A stretch of DNA of 64,000 bases from Piromyces finnis finn. Lineage: Eukaryota > Fungi > Neocallimastigomycota. The notes beneath the pieces were generated by a model. It searched no databases. It was not told the DNA's origin and saw only the letters and a list, made by a program, of their open reading frames with translations. The first letter of the stretch is position 1. Each line of letters starts with the position of its first letter. Positions 1 through 11,945 of this stretch are shown one piece after another. The translations under genes were made by a program, and so were the position numbers. The stretch lies in NCBI GenBank assembly GCA_002104945.1, contig MCFH01000011.1, forward strand, positions 992,001 to 1,056,000. Reading direction: 5' to 3'.

Positions 1-418
1 TGTTATTCTTGGGTTACCTTGGATCAAAAAGCATAATCCTGAAGCTTTTTATGATCCTAAGAAAATTGCTTTTAGTTCCGGTTATTGTGCTAGACACTGT
101 AACCAAGGTAAAAGAAGAAGGAAGCAAAGAAAGAAGTCTCAAAAAAGCCAGCTAGATCATGATGTTCTTGACCGAAGTTTAACTAAAACAGTAAAATCTG
201 TCTCTACAGCCCCTTTAAAAAACCCTGAAGAAAAGGAGTATATTAAAGGCCGCCTTGTTAGAACCATTAATGATGAAGATGATAGCGATGAGGAATATAT
301 TAGTTTTAATAAAAAGGTTAAATGTATTGTAACGAAAATTAATGAAACATGTAATAATAATAATGAATCATGTAGTAATAATAATAATAATAATGAAAAG
401 GATATTAATAAAGATAAA

Positions 419-3400
419 TTGGTCTCCGTACCAACCCAATATTTAGAATTTAGTGAAGTGTTTAATGAAAAAAATTGTGAAGTGTTACCTCCTCATAGAC
501 CTTATGATTGCGAAATCAAGCTTAAGGATGATTCAACTTTATTTTATGGACCATTGTATCCATTAACTGAAGTTGAAAGAGAGGAACTTAAAAAGTATAT
601 AGATGAAAATTTAAATAAAGGTTTCATTAGGAAATCATCGTCTCCTGCTGGTGCCCCAATTTTGTTTGTTAAAAAGAAGGACGGTTCCTTAAGACTTTGT
701 ATTGATTATAGAAGGTTGAATGATATTACAATTCGTAATTCATATCCTTTACCTTTAATAAGTGACCTTTTGGATAGGGTGAAAAATGCTAAGATTTTTA
801 CCAAACTAGACCTTAAATCCGCTTATAATCTTGTTCGTATTAAAGAAGGTGATGAATACAAAACGGCTTTTCGTACTAGGTATGGTCATTTTGAATATCT
901 GGTTATGCCTTTTGGATTAAAGAATGCACCTGCAACCTTTCAACACTTTATTAACGATGTTCTTAGTGATTATTTAGATGATTTTGTTATCTCATATATT
1001 GATGATATCCTTATTTATTCTAATAATATCGAAGAGCATCACGAGCATGTTAAAAAGGTACTTAAGAAACTACTCGAAAATAATCTTTATGTTAAATTAG
1101 AAAAATGTGAGTTTGATGTTAAGAAAACCACTTTTCTTGGTTATGTCATTTCAAAAGATGGGTTGCAAATGGATGAAAATAAAGTTAAAGCAATTCTCGA
1201 TTGGCCGGTTCCCAAGAATGTTAAAGAGGTTCAGTCTTTTATTGGTCTATGTAACTATTACAGAATTTTTATTAAAGACTTTGCTAAAATGGCAAACCCT
1301 CTTCACAAGCTCACTAGAAAAAATGTTGCTTTTAACTGGGTGAAAGAAGATCAGGACGCTTTTAATTTATTAAAAACTTTGTTCACGTCAGCTCCTATTC
1401 TGAAACATGCGGATAGTAATAAACAATTTATTGTTGAAACTGATGCTAGTAATTATGCTGTCGGTGCTATTCTCTCTCAAGAGTTTGACGGCAAATTACA
1501 TCCCATTGCATTTCTTTCTAAAAGTTTGACGAGTTGTCAAAGAAACTATCCTATATATGACAAGGAACTGTTAGCCATTATAGTTGCACTTGAAGAATGG
1601 CGTCATTACTTAGAGGGTGCACGCCATCAGTTCATAATTTATACCGATCACAAGAACTTAACATTTCCTAGAAAACCTGAAATGTTATCTCAGAGACAAA
1701 TTAGATGGAATTTGTTCTTATCCAGATTTGACTTTAAACTCATTTATAGAGCTGGTAAGAAATCTGGTAAGCCTGACATTCTGTCTCGTAGAAGTGATCA
1801 TTTAGTGAATGTTATTAACTCTGATGTTTCTTGTCTTACTATTTCGCTTCATCATAGTGATAACAAACCTTTAATAGATTCTATTTTATCAGAACTTAAA
1901 AATGACGATTTGTATAATTCCATTGTTCAATTTAAAATGAATGGTTCTACAAGTAATGCACCTATTAAAAATATTGATAAAGTTATTATTGACGGTGAAG
2001 GATTTTTGTTATTTAATAATCTTATTTATGTTCCTAAATCTCTTAGGACTAGAGTTTTGGAACTCCATCATGATTCTGTTGCTGCTGGCCATTTCGGCAT
2101 TAAGAAAACTGTCGAACTTATTTCAAGAAACTTTTGGTGGCCAAGATTTCATTCAGATGTTAAATCCTTTATTAAATCTTGCGTGACTTGTTGCAAATCC
2201 AAAGTCCCTAGACATAAGCCTTATGGATTGTTATCCCCTTTGGACACTCCTAGTAGGCCTTGGTCTGATATCTCTATCGACTTTATTGTTGATCTTCCTA
2301 AGTCCAGAGATATGACTACACTTATGGTTGTTGTCGATAGATTTACTAAATTTGCTCACGCCATTCCTTTACGTTGTCTTCCTACTGCTTCAATTGCTGC
2401 TGATGCTTTTATTGCCAATGTCTTCCGTTTGCATGGTCTTCCTAATTCCATTATTTCTGATAGAGGCTCGCAATTTACTTCTGATTTCTGGTCAAGACTT
2501 TGTGACCTTCTTAATATCAATCATTCATTGTCAACTGCTAACCATCCGCAGACAGATGGTCAAACGGAGAGGGTGAACGGCATATTAGAACAATATTTCC
2601 GTTGTTTTATCAATAAAAAGCAGAATAACTGGGTTGATCTTATCCCGTTTGCTGAATTTGCTTATAATAATACTTTACAGCAATCTATAAATCAATCCCC
2701 ATTCTTTGCTAATTATGGTTTTCATCCAAAGTTCAGCTTGGAAATCCCGGCTAATGATAGACCTAGTAGAGCTGAACAAAGAGTAATTGATATGAGTGAA
2801 AACTTTAAATTATTAAAAGGAAACTTAGAAAAAGCAAAAGAAACATATAAGAAATATGCCGATATGAAAAGAATGAGTCCCCCGGAATTTGAAGTGGGAA
2901 AGAAGGTATGGTTATTGAAAGATTCTCCGAGAACTAACTTGAAGAAGAAATTAGCACCTCAAATGCTTGGTCCATTTGAAATAATTGAAAAAGTTAGTTC
3001 TCTCGCTTTTAAATTGAAACTCCCAAAGACAATGAGATGTCATCCAGTCTTTCATGTCTCATTGTTAGAACCATACTTTGAAAACGAGTTTATAGATAGG
3101 TCTAATAGTAGGAAAAGAAATATTCATCTTAGCACAGATTTAATTGAAAAAATTCCAGAAAAAATTGAGAAGATGAAATCTGTTAATGGTGAGACATTTT
3201 ATAAGTTATCGTGGAAAGGATTTGACAAATCCACTTGGGTTTCTGAAGATCAGATCCCGGACAAACAATTAATACAAGAGTTCGAAAGAAACTCTAAAAA
3301 GTCAAAACATAAGTTGAATGACTCCTCCATGAGAATAAGAAAGAATAAAGGTGGTAATCTAATCAAGCACAGATACCAACCATTTGTAATTGAAATTCCT

Positions 3401-3421
3401 TCGAGAAAAGATTCCTTATAA
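419..3421 (+). CDS. pol: Ty3/Gypsy chromovirus pol (RT-RNase H-integrase-degenerate chromodomain), element B; 5' part (gag, protease) lies upstream of the window
   Basis: ORF track: RT motifs [12 protein letters not shown] and YIDDILIYS, RNase H TDAS/YTDHKNL, integrase HHCC (HDSVAAGH..CVTCC) and D,D35E (IDF..SDRG..QTE), GPF motif, chromodomain-like C-terminus. The ORF starts at a TTG and the reading frame probably extends further 5'. Confidence 0.95.
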   Translation: MVSVPTQYLEFSEVFNEKNCEVLPPHRPYDCEIKLKDDSTLFYGPLYPLTEVEREELKKYIDENLNKGFIRKSSSPAGAPILFVKKKDGSLRLCIDYRRLNDITIRNSYPLPLISDLLDRVKNAKIFTKLDLKSAYNLVRIKEGDEYKTAFRTRYGHFEYLVMPFGLKNAPATFQHFINDVLSDYLDDFVISYIDDILIYSNNIEEHHEHVKKVLKKLLENNLYVKLEKCEFDVKKTTFLGYVISKDGLQMDENKVKAILDWPVPKNVKEVQSFIGLCNYYRIFIKDFAKMANPLHKLTRKNVAFNWVKEDQDAFNLLKTLFTSAPILKHADSNKQFIVETDASNYAVGAILSQEFDGKLHPIAFLSKSLTSCQRNYPIYDKELLAIIVALEEWRHYLEGARHQFIIYTDHKNLTFPRKPEMLSQRQIRWNLFLSRFDFKLIYRAGKKSGKPDILSRRSDHLVNVINSDVSCLTISLHHSDNKPLIDSILSELKNDDLYNSIVQFKMNGSTSNAPIKNIDKVIIDGEGFLLFNNLIYVPKSLRTRVLELHHDSVAAGHFGIKKTVELISRNFWWPRFHSDVKSFIKSCVTCCKSKVPRHKPYGLLSPLDTPSRPWSDISIDFIVDLPKSRDMTTLMVVVDRFTKFAHAIPLRCLPTASIAADAFIANVFRLHGLPNSIISDRGSQFTSDFWSRLCDLLNINHSLSTANHPQTDGQTERVNGILEQYFRCFINKKQNNWVDLIPFAEFAYNNTLQQSINQSPFFANYGFHPKFSLEIPANDRPSRAEQRVIDMSENFKLLKGNLEKAKETYKKYADMKRMSPPEFEVGKKVWLLKDSPRTNLKKKLAPQMLGPFEIIEKVSSLAFKLKLPKTMRCHPVFHVSLLEPYFENEFIDRSNSRKRNIHLSTDLIEKIPEKIEKMKSVNGETFYKLSWKGFDKSTWVSEDQIPDKQLIQEFERNSKKSKHKLNDSSMRIRKNKGGNLIKHRYQPFVIEIPSRKDSL

Positions 3422-3457
3422 ATTAATCTCGCAGGAGCTCGACTTAGAGAGAGAGAT

Positions 3458-4063
3458 TGTAAAGACATCAAACGCCTCTGTTTGATATCTTTAATGTAAC
3501 TTAAGCCACAAGTATTATTGTTTAAGTTACACAAATTATATTCAGAAAAAGAAAATGAGACATAATTTATTTATTAATAATTAAAGTTTAAAACAAAATA
3601 AATTATTAATTTATTTTTAATGTTTAACAAGTAAATTAATATTCTCAATTTAAATCCCTAGTTTTAGTATTGTTTTTTTATAGAAATAGATAAATAATAA
3701 ATGATTAATATATCAATAATACATGGGCACATATTCAAATTAAATGGTACTTAATTTGAATTGCCAATTGTATTTTACTAAAAATAGTTATAGTTTAAAT
3801 ATTTATTAATAATTAAGATTTTAGTGTAGATTTTAAATAATAATATATAAGAAATAAATAGTTATAATATAATATAAATGTATTTAGGAAAAATATAAAT
3901 AGAAGATATTTTTCATCATTTTATCGATGTAATTGTTATTATTAAAATTCTATTATAATAAAAGATATTTTATAAAACAATTTTTTATTTTATTTCTCAA
4001 ATTTTTGTGTTATTGTAATAGGTTAGATATCCTAATCTATTCGGTTTAGTGTCTGACTTTACA
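3458..4063 (+). mobile_element. 3' LTR of element B (LTR family B, 606 bp)
   Basis: TGTAAAG..TTTACA, directly preceded by purine tract AGAGAGAGAGAT. Near-identical copies at 9246, 10810 and 29524. Confidence 0.92.
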
Positions 4064-4447
4064 ATATCCGATTGTCCTAATATGTATTTATATTTTCTAA
4101 TTGTTTCTATAAGTTATTTCAAGATACGATACATAAATATAAAATACAAACGTAAAATAAAATATATAATGTTTCTTATAAAATGTAATACAAAAATTAT
4201 TAATTAAAAAATAAATGAATGTTTACTATTATTTTAAATATATTACTAAATTAAATAAATAAATAATTAATATAGTAATTAAATAAATTTTAAATTAAGT
4301 AAATGAATAATTAATATCAATATAGATAAATGTTTATAGTAATTTAAATGAATGTATGCTAATAGTTTAAATAAATAATTAATTTAATAATTAAAAAATA
4401 ATTAAATAAGAATTAATTTATACAAAAAATAATTATTAATTCTTACA
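4064..4447 (-). mobile_element. Partial LTR family F (interrupted by element B), ending 17 nt (reconstructed) upstream of tRNA-Ala
   Basis: Starts ATATCCGATTGTCCT and ends TTCTTACA, like the copy at 26608-27267 (ATACCGATTTCCT..TTCTTACA). Strongly diverged. Confidence 0.55.
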
Positions 4448-4453
4448 CAACAA

Positions 4454-5311
4454 TGCTACGGTTCAAATAAGATATCACAAAACACTTGAATAGTTATAAA
4501 AATAAAAATTTATTTAATTTTAATTTTTATTCATTTAATTTATTTTTGATTTTTCAATTTTTAAAATTTTTCTCAAAAATCCTCGTACTTTTTCCAACTA
4601 TCCATTATTTGAAATTTAATGGTTTTGGATAGCTAAGGATTTAAATTGATTTCATTCATAATATATGGACCATTCACTGTAACATATATTAATTAAATCC
4701 TTAATATATATTACGAATAATCTCTTAATATTTGAATAGAAAAATTTTTAATTTATAATTAATAAAATTTTAATTTATGATATGTGTAACATTTTTGCAT
4801 ATCATATATTATATATTTAATTATGACATATAATAAAATTATATTATTCAATTAATTATGCCCTTTTTTAGACATAAATAATAATTTTTCTGTCGAGGTA
4901 TCTTCTGTTTTGTGTGTAACAGTTGCCTCTTTTAGTAAAAATTATAATTAAATTCTATGTCATAATTTCAAATTATAAAATATTATACAATAAAGTTAAT
5001 TAATAAAATAAACCTTAAATAATAATAAAATACCTATAACTATTTTAATAATAAAATTTTGTAAAATTTATAAGTATAAAATATTATAAGTAATTATACT
5101 AATACTAATAATAAAGGTCTTAAATAACTATATACAAATAATATAACTATATAATAAAAATATTAATAATTACTAGAAAAATGTATAAAAATTATATATT
5201 ATAATTTTTATATTTTAAAAATAGAGTTAAACACTAGTAAGGAATATAAATAGTTGAAGGTTAAATCCTAAAATTCTAGCTAATTCAACTATTTATGTTC
5301 ATTCCTTAACA
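4454..5311. mobile_element. Putative solo LTR (family G, 858 bp), ending 15 nt upstream of tRNA-Ala
   Basis: TGCTA..TAACA termini flanked by ACAA on both sides (4450-4453, 5312-5315). No second copy in the window. Confidence 0.55.
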
Positions 5312-5326
5312 ACAATAATAATTGCT

Positions 5327-5398
5327 GGGGATATAACTCAGTGGTAGAGTGCTTGCTTTGCATGCAAGAAGCCTCGGGTTCGATCCCCGATATCTCCA
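5327..5398 (+). tRNA. tRNA-Ala: tRNA-Ala(UGC)
   Basis: 72-nt cloverleaf GGGGATA..TATCTCC-A, G3:U70 pair, anticodon loop TTTGCAT, T5 terminator directly after. Confidence 0.97.
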
Positions 5399-6736
5399 TT
5401 TTTATAAATATAATTAAAAAATATAATAGTTTAATTGAATAATTATATTATTTTAGGACTACTAAAATTAAATAAGAAGTTTAAACAAAAACACATGAAA
5501 ATATAAAGTTTTATTATTAAACAAAAATAATGCTTTATGTTATATTGTAAAAGTTTTACTAAACTTATAATTTAATATTAAAATATTAAATTAAATAAAA
5601 GATTAAAGATAACTAGGTTAGAAAAAATATTTTATTAAAATAATCTTAATTGTTTTATAAATGAATAATTAAATTATGTATTATAGTTAAAATAATTTCT
5701 TTTTATTTTATTTAAAGAATATATATAATAATGAGATTATTTAATAGTAATACTTATTAAGTATTAATAAGGTAATAATCTTTACAAGGATTTAATTTCA
5801 TAAAACTATTCTAAACTATTTATACTATTTGTAATTTTACATTTAATAATAAAATAACTTTTTAATATATAATTATTTTTATAATATATTTTATAATACT
5901 AAGGCTAAACTTAAGACCTATTACTAATTATTAAAAATAACTATTGTTTATATATCCATAATATTAATTATTTCTTAATTATAATATAATTCATTGAATA
6001 TAATATTAATAATTATAATCTTTTAATTCAAAGATTATAAGTTATGTTATTGAAATAATTATTATAAAATAAAGTTAATTAATTCCGGAAAATAATTTTA
6101 ATTTAATTAAAACAATAATTTATATCCTTTTGGGTGAATGATTTATGTTCAATACATCAGGGGTGATCATTCTCTGAATAAACAATTAATCATTACTAAC
6201 AAAATATCTTTAAATTGGAATATCTCGTGAACCAGCAGAGAAATCGACCTGATTTTAAGATACGTTGTTTATCTCAAGCGTGGCTTTCTAACGAACCCAC
6301 AATCTCCCAAAACACAATTATCCAAAATCGCCATTCGTTAAGGAGATACACGTGTTTTTCCTTATTTAATTTTAACGATAAGGGTTAAAGTTATTTTTTA
6401 TAAAATTATTAAGGGTTAAGGTCATATCTTAACCTTTTCTAAATTTTTTAAATTGTGAAATAAATTTAATTAAAAAATAATTTTATTAATAAGGTTAACA
6501 AAGAGAAAAAGTTACATTGTAAATATTACAGTTATATAATGAGATGTAAGGTCATGTGACTATAGGAAATAAAATAAAATAAATAAAAAATAACTATCTC
6601 TACAACACGTAGACATTACGTTTACAACACTTTTAATACATGTTTATGTTTTTATAAATCAGTCACGTGTGTTTATAAATATATGATATAGATAAATAAA
6701 ATTATGTGTCCATAAATGTTCACACTCCCCTTCAAA

Positions 6737-9245
6737 TTAGATTTTCTTTAAGAATATCTTATTTGTATATTCAAACATTTTTGGACTAGGTAGATCTTTA
6801 GTTAAAGGGTCAGCTAGCATTTCTTTAGTGTTTATATATTCTATTTTTATATTGTTCTTTTCTATGTTGTCAATAATGAAATGGTAGTGTATATTTATGT
6901 GTTTTAACTTTGTGTTTATTTCACCGTTTTCTATTATTTTCTTACTTGCCTTGTTGTCGGTGAATAAAGTTATATTTTTATTGTAGTTAAAAATTTCATC
7001 TACCATATTTTTAAGCCATAGGATCTTCTTCGTATTCATTGACGTACTGATGTACTCAGCCTCAGCGGTAGACGTAGCCACACATGTTTGTTTCTTTGAC
7101 AACCAGCATATTGGGCTGTTTCCCATTAAGATTATCCCTCCAGAGGTAGATTTAAAGTCTTCTGCGCCCCCGTAGTCCGAATCAGTGTATCCTTGGATTT
7201 TCCCTTCACCACTGTATTCGATTTTGTAATGTTTTGTAGTGGATGAGTATCTGAAAATGTTTACAATTGTATTCCAGTCAGATACTGTTGGGTTTTCGGA
7301 TTTTCTTGCAGCTTTATTAACGGCGAAAGCAATATCCGGTCTAGTATATTAATGCACCTATTGCACTTTTATATTTAGTCCTATCAAAAGGATTATTATT
7401 TGAGGTGCTCTGTCAACTGTTGTACATGGCGTATTTCTTCTACGTACGTTTTCCATATGAAATCTTTGTAATACATTATTAATGTAATTCTCTTGAGAAA
7501 TAATGTATTTGGAACCTTTCTTAATTTTTATTCCTAGAATATAATTAATGGGACCGCTATTTGATATTTTAAATTTACTTTTAATTTTGCTTATTACCCT
7601 CTCTATTGTATTTGTTTTTCCAACTATAACCATGTCGTCTACATATAGACCAATTATACATTTTACGTATTTGTTTTCTTTTAACGTATATATACATGAT
7701 TCGGATTTTAATGGTTTAAAGTTATTATTTTTCAGGAATTTATCTATTGTTTTATTCCATTGTCTTCCTGATTGTTTTAAACCATAAAGAGCTTTATTCA
7801 GCTTCCAGTATCCTCCCCCAAAGTTGCTATCTCCAAGCGGAATAGTGGTGTAAATATCCGTATCTAATGGAACATTGAGGTAGGCAGCTTTAATATCGAG
7901 CTGAAATATATCCCACTTAAATTTTGCAGCAATAGCAATAATAAATTTTAGACTGTCAATATTTAAGGTTGGAGAATAGGTTAAGTCAAAATCGATTCCT
8001 TGTTTTTGACGGAAACCTCTAGCGACAAGTCTAGCTTTAAAACGTACAATTTTATTATTGCTGTCCCTTTTAACAGCAAAAACCCATTTGGTAGATATAA
8101 TATTTTTGTTTTTTGGGATATTTTTAACCAGGGACATAATTTTATTAGAATATAAGTTATTCAATTCATCTTGAATGGCTGCTTTCCAATATTTTGAATT
8201 CGTACAAGACATTGCTTCTTTGTACGTAGTGGGAGCATCAGTAAATACGGTAGCTATATATTTGTTCTTGTGCTTCTTAGGGGTACTGGAATTATTTATA
8301 GAGGTAGGACTGTAAGGCCTTTTTCTTTCAGGATGGGAGGAATCATCAGAATTATCGGCCATGATATCATCCATGATATCATTTTCATCTTCAAAGTTTG
8401 GATCAAGATCATCCATAGATTTATTGTCGTCCGGGATAAAAGAATGAGAGTCACGTGTAATATCGGGAGAACCAGAAATTTTTGAATTAAAATTTATGTT
8501 ATCATTAATATCCATAGTATCTGAGTTGGTAGAATTATCCTGTGTAACATTAGAATTTATGCTAGAATTATGACGTGGATTATTTGATTTATCATCCAAT
8601 AGAATGTTTTCATTTTTATTTTGAATTTTTGAGTCAATTTTTGAAAAATTTTTATTAATAAAAATTTTTTCACGATGATCAGAAATTGAATTTTTAGTAG
8701 TATTTTCGCCAACATTTTTGGTATTAGAAATATCTTCAGTGGTGAATTCATCAGTTGAAGAGTTATTATAATAATCATGATTTTCAATAATTTTATTTTT
8801 GTTTTTGTCAGCAGGAGTTTCAGGAAATTGGTATTTATAATTTTTATTGATATTATTAGAAATTTTACAATTTTTCTTTTTGAAATTGCAATTGTCATTT
8901 GCAATTTCTTCTAAAACTTTTAAAATGTCATTAGTAAATTTAATTTTGTCAAATTTCGAATTTGAATTATTATTTTTGTTTTGAGTGTCTTCATTCATGT
9001 ATAAAGAATTTGTTTTAGAATTGTTCATTAAATTACTTTTTGAGCTTTCCATAGTTTGAGAAATAATATTAGTCTTTTTGTTACTTTTTTCCTCTTTCCA
9101 TTCAGTTTTTTCGTTATAAGTTAAATTTTTATCAACCAGGTCCTCGTCCATAGTACTTATATTGTCTTCATTTACCATTTTTTCTTCTATTTCTTCTTCA
9201 TTTATTTCTTCTTCATTTACTTCTATTACTTCTTCTCCATTGTTT
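6737..9245 (-). pseudogene. pol: Copia RT-RNase H remnant preceded by a long N/E-rich linker
   Basis: ORFs 7358-9322 (PTTYKEAM, KWVF..FKARLVARGF, DIKAAYL, LYVDD) and 6737-7126 (STAEAEY, DNK, MLADPLTK), separated by a stop/frameshift near 7358. Confidence 0.9.
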
Positions 9246-9851
9246 TGTAAAGATATCAAACGCCTCTGTTTGATATCTTTAATGTAACTTAAGCCACAAG
9301 TATTATTGTTTAAGTTACACAAATTATATTCAGAAAAAGAAAATGAGACATAATTTATTTATTAATAATTAAAGTTTAAAACAAAATAAATTATTAATTT
9401 ATTTTTAATGTTTTACAAATAAATTAAATTTCTCAATTTAAATCCCTAGTTTTAGTATTGTTTTTTTATAGAAATAGATAAATAATAAATGATTAATATA
9501 TCAATAATACATGGGCACATATTCAAATTAAATAGTACTTAATTTGAATTGCCAATTGTATTTTACTAAAAATAGTTATAGTTTAAATATTTATTAATAA
9601 TTAAGATTTTAGTGTAGATTTTAAATAATAATATATAAGAAATAAATAGTTATAATATAATATAAATGTATTTAGGAAAAATATAAATAGAAGATATTTA
9701 TCATCATTTTATCGATGTAATTGTTATTATTAAAATTCTATTATAATAAAAGATATTTTATAAAACAATTTTTTATTTTATTTTTTCAAATTTTTGTGTT
9801 ATTGTAATAGAATAGATATCATAATCTATTCTTTCAGTGTTCAACATTACA
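9246..9851 (+). mobile_element. Solo LTR family B inserted in the Copia pol
   Basis: TGTAAAG..ATTACA, 606 bp, TSD TGTTT. Confidence 0.93.
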
Positions 9852-10529
9852 TGTTTTTAAAATGGAAATCCTTCTTCTTGGAGGTAGTCCTTTCTGTATT
9901 ATTGTTTTGTTTATATATATTTGAATTTGTATCCATAGTGTTGTTGTTCTTGCTGTCAACAACTTTCTCTTTTACACCTTTCGTGTTATTGTTGTTCTTC
10001 GATGAGTCTGAGGATATCATATTGTCGTAATTATTAATATTATATGAATTATTGAAAGAGAAATACGGATCGTCTATATTTTTATTTTTATGAGTGTATT
10101 GTGCCGGCTTATTTTCGCAGCATTCTATTTCCCTAGAATAGTGAATTTTAAGTTTATCACCACATATCTCCATGACGATATATGAGTGATGTGTTTCGCT
10201 GAACCCAAGAAATATTCTTTCCTTTGAGTTTGGCGCAAATTTTGACTTTTTAAGAGAATAGTCCTTAAAGTAGCATATGCATCCAAATACTTTTTGATAT
10301 TTTAGATCTGCTTCCTCGTTGGTAAATACTTCGTCAGGGATTAAATTATTGTTTCCTTGGTGTGGTATTTTGTTGTAAATATAACAAGAATATTTTAAAG
10401 CAAAACTCCAAAAGTCTTCAGATAATTTAGCCCAATATAAAAGTGTTTTAGCAGAATTTTGAATAGTCTGATTTATTCTTTCTGCTTTACCATTTAATTC
10501 ATGTACGTAAGGAGGTGAGTTTATCTTAG

Positions 10530-11945
10530 TGTAAAAGTATAAAATTTAAAACAGATTTTATACTTAAAACAAAACAATTTTTATTAACACAAAAAATAAA
10601 AAAATAAAACATTAAATTTTTATTTTAAAAAAAAAAACATTTTTATTTAAACTCTTAAAAATATTATTAACTATATAATAGTTAATAATTAAAAAATTGA
10701 AAATAACAATTACATCGATTTAATAAACAAAAATTACATGTATTTATATTTTTTCATAATTATATTCTAATATATTATTCTATTTAAATAAGCATATATT
10801 TAATATAAATTTAAAGATATCAAACGCCTCAGCTTGATATCTTTAATGTAACTTTAGCCACAAGTATTATTGTTTAAGTTATATAATTTATATTACAGAA
10901 AAAGAAAATGAGACATAATTTATTTATTAATAATTAAAGTTTGAAACAAAATAAATTATTAATTTATTTTTAATGTTTTACAAATAAATTAAATTTCTCA
11001 ATTTAATTTCTTAATTTTAGTATTGTTTTTGATAGAAAAAGATGAATAGTATATAAATAATAAATGATTAATATATAAATAATACATGGGCACATATTCA
11101 AATTAAATAGTATTTGATTTGAATTGCCTATTTAATTTTACTAAAATAGTTATAGTTTAAATATTCGATTAATAATTAAGATTTTAGTGTAGGTTTTAAA
11201 TAATAATATATAAGAAATAAATAGTTATAATATAATATAATTGTATTTAGGAAAAATATAAATAGAAGATATTTTTCATCATTTTATCAATGTAATTGTT
11301 ATTAATAAAATTTCTATTATAATAAAAGATATTTTTAATAAAACAATTTTTTATTTTATTTTAAATTTTGTGTTATTGTAATAGAATAGATATCCTAATC
11401 TATTCTTTCTGTGTCAGCATTACAATAAAATAAACAACACTAATCTAATTAAATAATAAAATAACAAAACTAAACTAAAACTAATTCATTATACTTTTAA
11501 TTCAATTTGAGTAAACTCAAAATTGAATAAAGCCCATGTATTTTCTATAAATTAATTTAATATTATCAATACTATTCTTAATATATTTCCTATTGAAATA
11601 TAAATAAATCTATTTTTAAAACTAAGTTAAAATTATTAAACTATTCTAAATTTAAATAAAAAAGTATAATCTATTCTAAAATTAATTAAAAAGTATTTAA
11701 AAAAATATTTTAATTATTTAAAATATTTGAAATATTTAAATTTAATTAAAATTCTTTTATTCCTTAAACTTAAATATTTATCTTAATTTAAATTTAACGG
11801 AATTATTATAAAATAATTTATTATTAAATTATTCCATAAAATTTATTCAAAAATTTTATAATCAGTTTTACTAAATATTAATTTATTATTTAATAATTAA
11901 TAATTAATTATTAAATAATCTAAAGATATATATTATATCTTTACA
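10530..11945 (-). mobile_element. Solo LTR family C (diverged relative of family B in opposite orientation) containing a family B solo LTR
   Basis: TGTAAAAG..CTTTACA, TSD CTTAG. Homologous to 28700-29426 and 30444-31112. Its reverse complement shares ATCGATGTAATTG and AATACATGGGC with LTR B. Confidence 0.85.
10810..11424 (+). mobile_element. Solo LTR family B nested in LTR C
   Basis: 615 bp, terminal TG mutated to TT, ends ATTACA, TSD ATAAA. Confidence 0.88.

Noticed and set aside
7358-9322. 654-aa ORF as a novel fusion protein (shares its N-terminus with ORF 3250-3534)
   Set aside because: The first ~25 codons are antisense LTR B sequence that happens to be in frame with the interrupted Copia pol.
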